Source: Bacteroidia bacterium (GTDB lineage Bacteria > Bacteroidota > Bacteroidia > NS11-12g > UBA9320). Taken from it: a DNA stretch of 64,000 nt. A program made the translations under genes and the position numbers. This document shows positions 59,454 through 64,000 of the stretch, in pieces (positions within the stretch are counted from its first letter, which is position 1; every line of letters begins with the position of its first letter). Below the pieces are notes generated by a model. The model was not told the DNA's origin. It saw nothing but the letters and a program-made list of their open reading frames with translations, and searched no databases. The stretch covers positions 1,152,001-1,216,000 of the forward strand of contig CBDCFW010000006.1 of assembly GCA_965216465.1 (NCBI GenBank), written 5' to 3'.

Positions 59454-60464
59454 ATGTCGAAAAAGATACTTGTTACAGGCGGACTAGGGTACATTGGAAG
59501 TCATACCGTTGTAGAACTTATAAATGAAGGCTTTGATGTAGTGGTTATTGATAATTTGAGCAATTCAAAAATTGAGGTTAAATCAAGAATTGAATCAATT
59601 GTTAATCGTGAAATTGAGGTTGTTGTAGATGATGTAAATAACAAGGAGTCGTTATTTACATTATTTGAAAAGCATGCGTTTGCCGGAGTAGTTCATTTTG
59701 CAGCGAGTAAGGCTGTAGGGGAGTCGGTTGAGATTCCTGTACACTATTATCACAATAATATATCTGGACTAATTACGCTGTTGGCAGCAATTGAAAAGTA
59801 CCAAGTGCGAAGCCTTATATTTTCTTCTTCGTGTACAGTCTATGGCACGACAAAAGATTTGCCAGTTACTGAAGAAAGTCCAGTGATGAAGGCTGATAGT
59901 CCTTATGGTACAACAAAAATTATATGTGAAGAGATAATAAATGATTTTGCACAACATAAATCGATTAAAGCGGTACACCTACGCTATTTTAATCCTGTGG
60001 GAGCTCATCCTACAGCAAAAATTGGTGAATTACCAATAGGAGTACCAAACAACTTAATACCTTTTGTTACCCAAACGGCGGCAGGATTGCGTAAAGAATT
60101 AACTGTGTTTGGAGATGACTACAACACTAGCGACGGAACGTGCATTCGCGATTATATTCATGTGGTTGACTTGGCTAAGGCTCATGTTAAAGCTATTAAT
60201 TATGCGTCTACAATGGAAGAGAATGTTGATGTTTTCAATGTTGGAACGGGAAATGGAAATACTGTTCTTGAAGTAGTCAATGCATTTAAAGAAGCCAACG
60301 GTGTTGATTTGAACTACAAGATTGGTGAGCGCAGAGCTGGTGATGTTGAACAAATATGGTCGGATACCACAAAGGTGAATAAGGTTTTAGGATGGTCACA
60401 TCAATACAATCTAAGTGATATGATGAAGCATGCTTGGCAGTGGCAGCAAAGCTTAGAGGCTTAA
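59454..60464 (+). CDS. galE: UDP-glucose 4-epimerase
   Basis: VTGGLGYIGSH, HFAA.KAVGES, YG.TK, LRYFNP.GAH, RDYIHV. Confidence 0.96.
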   Translation: MSKKILVTGGLGYIGSHTVVELINEGFDVVVIDNLSNSKIEVKSRIESIVNREIEVVVDDVNNKESLFTLFEKHAFAGVVHFAASKAVGESVEIPVHYYHNNISGLITLLAAIEKYQVRSLIFSSSCTVYGTTKDLPVTEESPVMKADSPYGTTKIICEEIINDFAQHKSIKAVHLRYFNPVGAHPTAKIGELPIGVPNNLIPFVTQTAAGLRKELTVFGDDYNTSDGTCIRDYIHVVDLAKAHVKAINYASTMEENVDVFNVGTGNGNTVLEVVNAFKEANGVDLNYKIGERRAGDVEQIWSDTTKVNKVLGWSHQYNLSDMMKHAWQWQQSLEA

Positions 60465-60468
60465 CTCG

Positions 60469-60894
60469 TTACCAAACAAATGGAATCAATCTCTTCTTAG
60501 TTTTTTTCATAAACTCTGCATATTCTGGGTGCTTGCTTTTTAAGGCAGATTCTTCATAAACAATCTTTACAATCAGAGTGAGGGTCAAAATAGCTAAAGT
60601 GATGTAAGAAAACAAAGTTGATGATCGCAAGGCTATTGGAATAAAAAACAATAGCAAAGCACTGTACATAGGGTGACGAATGATGGCATAAGGTCCAGAA
60701 CTTTCAATTGTGCTATCTGGGTTAGGGGAGTAGTAAACGCTCCAATTATTCATTTTGATAGCTTTGATTGACCAGAATCCCAAGTATAATCCGAGCACCT
60801 GAAAAAGCAATACGACATCGAGTTGGAAAAGACCTCCGTTAAGTATTAATGCGGTAATGCTACCAAATTGTAAAAAGACTAGAATCTGCTTCAT
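60469..60894 (-). CDS. Isoprenylcysteine carboxylmethyltransferase-family membrane protein
   Basis: GPY..IRHPMY, EE..L, Y..F, RLIPF. Confidence 0.85.
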   Translation of the reverse strand: MKQILVFLQFGSITALILNGGLFQLDVVLLFQVLGLYLGFWSIKAIKMNNWSVYYSPNPDSTIESSGPYAIIRHPMYSALLLFFIPIALRSSTLFSYITLAILTLTLIVKIVYEESALKSKHPEYAEFMKKTKKRLIPFVW

Positions 60895-60939
60895 AAGCTA
60901 TAAAGATTGCAAGTTAAAAACTTTAATTTTACCTACACC

Positions 60940-60965
60940 CAACCATTTACACGATTACTCCGTAT
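60940..60965 (+). promoter_or_regulatory. Putative ECF sigma promoter CAACC-N16-CGTAT
   Basis: AAC/CGT architecture 25 bp upstream of ATG 60991; ECF sigma gene follows the cargo gene. Confidence 0.45.
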
Positions 60966-60990
60966 ATGGTATCAAACGATATTAAATTTT

Positions 60991-62907
60991 ATGAAAAAAC
61001 TGATTAAAACGCTCATGCTCTTTTCTTTGGTCCTATTAGGCCAAGGTTTATATGCACAATGTACGGCATCTTTTATGTACATTCAGTCTGGAGATACAAT
61101 CGTATTTGTAGATAGCTCGATGTCACAGAACGGCCATACAACAACATGGATTTTTGGAGATGGATCAACAGGAACTGGTTCTACAGTAACTCATGTATAC
61201 AGTACAACAACGACTAATTACTTCACGGCTTGTGTGGTAATTTACGACTCTGCTGCAAGCTGCATGGATTCAATTTGTCAGCAAATCGTGATACCAAATA
61301 CACGATCTACATGCGTTGCGAATTTTACAACAAGTGTTAACGGTGATACTGTTCAGTTTACGAATACTTCAACAGGAGGGGCTTCGTATTCTTGGTCATT
61401 TGGAAATGGTGCAACATCCACCGCAACCAATCCGACCTATGCTTATGGTACACCTACTGGTGGAACAATGAGCTACGGAGTATGCTTGCGTGTTTTAGAT
61501 TCATCAGGAAATGTTTGCGATTCGATTTGTAAATATGTGACAATATCTGGAAGTTCAAGTTGTAGCCCAAGTTTTCAATTTGCCCAAGATTCAGGCAACA
61601 GTTACAAGTACTATTTTTATGGAAGCACTCCTCCAGCTGGAGGATCTGCTCAATGGATAATTAACGATGGCAGTTACCATTATTACAATGGTCAAAATGC
61701 AACTCATACATTTAATACAACTGCAAGCTCTGCATGGGTAGCCTATTATCTCTATGATTCTTCAAGAGCGTTTTGTGATTCTACTTCAATGTTTATTAGT
61801 TTGGTTAACACGCCTAATTGTTCGGCATACTGGACTTACCGTAACATTGGAGGAGACAGTATAATAAGTACAACCAATGGGTCAAGCTTGCCATCAGGGG
61901 GAAGTTATTTATGGGACTTTGGAGATGGAAATACTTCTACAGCGACCAGTCCAACTCATTCTTATGTATACTCAGCGAATACAGTTACATATGTTGCTTG
62001 CCTTAAGGTTTTAGACAGTTCTGGAGCGGTATGTGATTCGTTCTGTAGATATATCACAGTAAGAGGATTTAATTCTACTTCGTGCACAGCATCATTAGAC
62101 TATACAATTAGTGGAGATACCATCGTATTTACAGATTCATCAGCTTCTGTAAATGGACATACTGCATACTGGTATATTAATGGAGCGTCTTACACCGGAT
62201 CTACTGTAACTTATGTTTACAACTCGACCGGAGCTGGATATGTTTCTGCCTGCTTAGTAATCAATGATTCAGTGGCAAACTGTTGGGACTCTACTTGCAT
62301 CAATATCTTTATGCAATCACCGAGAAATTGCCAAGCTTCATTCTATGTAGGATTAGATACTACGAATACATACACTATTTATATTATCAATAACAGCACA
62401 GGGACAACAGCCTATACCAGCTATTTGTGGACTTTTGGCGATGGAGACTCTTCGACTTTGCAAAACCCTACGCATGACTACGATAGTTTTGGGCTGTTTA
62501 ACTTGTGTTTAACGATTTCTGATTCGAATTGTACAAGTACGTACTGCGATTCAATTGGCTTAGACTCAAATGGCAACTTGCTAAAACTAGATGGATTTAA
62601 AATCATAGTAGTAAATGAAGATGATTTAACGAGCGTTAATGATCCTGAAAAAGTGAGCAAATTGAATGTATATCCAAACCCATCGAGTGGCGTGGTAAAC
62701 CTTGAATTTGAAGCTACAAGTTCAGAAAATGCAAGAATTCAGGTTATTGATGCAATGGGACGAGAAGTGATTAGTCAAGAGAAGTTTGTGACCGGTGGAA
62801 ACAACGAAATTGAATTAAACTTGAATGAGGTAAGCGAAGGTTTATACTTTATTAAGATTAACGTAGGCAACTATAATGCCTGTAAAAGAGTCTTATTAAG
62901 TAGGTAA
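60991..62907 (+). CDS. Cys-rich multi-PKD T9SS type A cargo protein
   Basis: About six repeats CxAxF...WxFGDG...C...DS.C; VYPNP CTD. Confidence 0.88.
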   Translation: MKKLIKTLMLFSLVLLGQGLYAQCTASFMYIQSGDTIVFVDSSMSQNGHTTTWIFGDGSTGTGSTVTHVYSTTTTNYFTACVVIYDSAASCMDSICQQIVIPNTRSTCVANFTTSVNGDTVQFTNTSTGGASYSWSFGNGATSTATNPTYAYGTPTGGTMSYGVCLRVLDSSGNVCDSICKYVTISGSSSCSPSFQFAQDSGNSYKYYFYGSTPPAGGSAQWIINDGSYHYYNGQNATHTFNTTASSAWVAYYLYDSSRAFCDSTSMFISLVNTPNCSAYWTYRNIGGDSIISTTNGSSLPSGGSYLWDFGDGNTSTATSPTHSYVYSANTVTYVACLKVLDSSGAVCDSFCRYITVRGFNSTSCTASLDYTISGDTIVFTDSSASVNGHTAYWYINGASYTGSTVTYVYNSTGAGYVSACLVINDSVANCWDSTCINIFMQSPRNCQASFYVGLDTTNTYTIYIINNSTGTTAYTSYLWTFGDGDSSTLQNPTHDYDSFGLFNLCLTISDSNCTSTYCDSIGLDSNGNLLKLDGFKIIVVNEDDLTSVNDPEKVSKLNVYPNPSSGVVNLEFEATSSENARIQVIDAMGREVISQEKFVTGGNNEIELNLNEVSEGLYFIKINVGNYNACKRVLLSR

Positions 62908-62923
62908 CTAAAAGCAAATATAT

Positions 62924-62956
62924 AAAAGAGGGCTACGCGGTTGTAGTCCTCTTTTT
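62924..62956 (+). terminator. Rho-independent terminator-like hairpin
   Basis: aaaagagggctac-gcggtt-gtagtcctctttt. Confidence 0.7.
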
Positions 62957-63532
62957 GTGATGACAGAAAAGGAAATTATCAAAGGGTGCATACGCAACGA
63001 TCGGCGCAGTCAGAATGCGTTGTATAAATCGTATTTTCCTTTGTTAACTAGTATTGCCTTGAGGTATACGTCAAATAAAGATGACGCACTCTCAGCGGTA
63101 AACTATGGTTTCCTAAAGGTGCTGCAAAATATTAAGTCCTATAACAGCAAGCATACCTTAGCTACGTGGATAAGAAATATTTTGGTGAACCACCTGATCG
63201 ACGAGTTCAGAAAGAACCAAAAATACATCACTAGCATTCACCTCGTAGGAGATGAAGAAGTAAATGAGGCGGTTGATACAAACCTAGTAGAGAAAAAATG
63301 GCATGAAGACGAGTTGCGAGCTATGCTCGAAAAGTTACCAAACGTTACTAAAAATGTATTTAACCTTTATGCAATAGATGGGTATAAACACCAGGAGATT
63401 GCAGATATGCTTGGCTTTTCTGTCGGAACCAGTAAATGGCACGTTAGTGAGGCAAGAAAACGGTTAAAAGTGTTTCTTGAAGCTGAGTTAATTAAAGAAA
63501 AAAAAAGAGTTGAAACAGCGGATTTAAAATGA
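62957..63532 (+). CDS. ECF RNA polymerase sigma-70 factor
   Basis: I.GC..NDR.SQ..LY, TWIR.I.VN, VFNLYAIDGY.H.EIA..LG.S.GTSK. Confidence 0.92.
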   Translation: MMTEKEIIKGCIRNDRRSQNALYKSYFPLLTSIALRYTSNKDDALSAVNYGFLKVLQNIKSYNSKHTLATWIRNILVNHLIDEFRKNQKYITSIHLVGDEEVNEAVDTNLVEKKWHEDELRAMLEKLPNVTKNVFNLYAIDGYKHQEIADMLGFSVGTSKWHVSEARKRLKVFLEAELIKEKKRVETADLK

Positions 63533-64000
63533 AAAAGATAGATGACATATTCAAAAGCGGCCTAGATCAGAAAGGATTGGCGTATGAAGAGGCTCATTGG
63601 GATCAAATGAGTGCTTTGTTGGGAAGTGAGAAGTTGGGATTCTTTCAGCGCTATAAATTTTGGATGTTGGCATTATTGTTAGCCAGCTCTGCGAGCATTA
63701 TGGGTTATATGTTATTGCAATCTCCAGAACAGGAAGTTGTTGCAAAAGTGCCCGATATTTTGCAACCTAAATCTGAAAAAACAGTTGAAGCAACCGATAG
63801 TGTTCCTATGCAATTCGTAGTAGACCTTTCATCTTTCAATTTAGACTGGGATCCGTACTCAAGTTATTATCCGAGCAATTACGATTTTTATGGGCATTAT
63901 AATCCAAGTCCATATCCACCATACCAACCTGATTTGAGCATGTTCCCACAATTCAATTCTGGTCAGATCCGACCGGGTAAGCTGCAAGATGTTAATCTTA
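63529..64000 (+). CDS. Putative membrane-anchored anti-sigma-like protein, 3'-truncated by window edge
   Basis: ATG overlaps sigma TGA; MKKIDDIFKSGL...EAHWDQM then TM segment; frame open to window end. Confidence 0.6.
   Translation, partial: MKKIDDIFKSGLDQKGLAYEEAHWDQMSALLGSEKLGFFQRYKFWMLALLLASSASIMGYMLLQSPEQEVVAKVPDILQPKSEKTVEATDSVPMQFVVDLSSFNLDWDPYSSYYPSNYDFYGHYNPSPYPPYQPDLSMFPQFNSGQIRPGKLQDVNL

Noticed and set aside
2007-62660. Numerous 60-130 aa ORFs overlapping or antisense to long genes (e.g. 4278-4649, 27276-27587, 52638-53021)
   Set aside because: Shadow ORFs of well-supported genes, with no motifs
63498-63506. A9 run near the end of the ECF sigma as a third frameshift
   Set aside because: Current frame ends in an ATGA overlap with the next gene, consistent with an intact sequence
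1-64000. CRISPR array, integrase, transposase or prophage genes
   Set aside because: No regularly spaced repeats and no recombinase or phage motifs recognised in any ORF

Overview
This AT-rich chromosomal segment is from a Bacteroidota bacterium, probably a free-living aquatic lineage. Evidence: T9SS type A and B cargo genes, a PorP/SprF gene, TAnnTTTG housekeeping promoters and Bacteroidota-type ECF sigma factors. The left part (1-26.7 kb) is accessory. It holds a caspase-like protease, a GDPD-like/LTA-synthase pair, a WG-repeat protein, an IorAB-XdhC-MocA molybdoenzyme operon, many orphan lipoproteins, an ECF42-like sigma/YciI/YHS-like module, a twin-cupredoxin lipoprotein, a Crp/Fnr-hydrolase pair and an FRG-domain gene. 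It ends at tRNA-Glu, which carries an att-like duplication of its 3' end. The right part (27-64 kb) is mostly housekeeping (gap, hflX, frr, menI/menF, aat, bcp, ssb, rmuC, tonB, gcvH, accD, fbaB, galE) plus several T9SS cargo genes. Two adjacent genes (hflX and its divergent neighbour) are split by single-base frameshifts in A-runs. I saw no CRISPR array, integrase, transposase or rRNA, and no unmistakable new multi-gene system. The best candidates are the His-motif TPR protein plus secreted purple acid phosphatase, the GDPD-like/LTA-synthase pair, a shared ECF-type promoter in front of T9SS cargo genes, and the tRNA-Glu/FRG junction. All family assignments come from visual motif recognition, not database searches.
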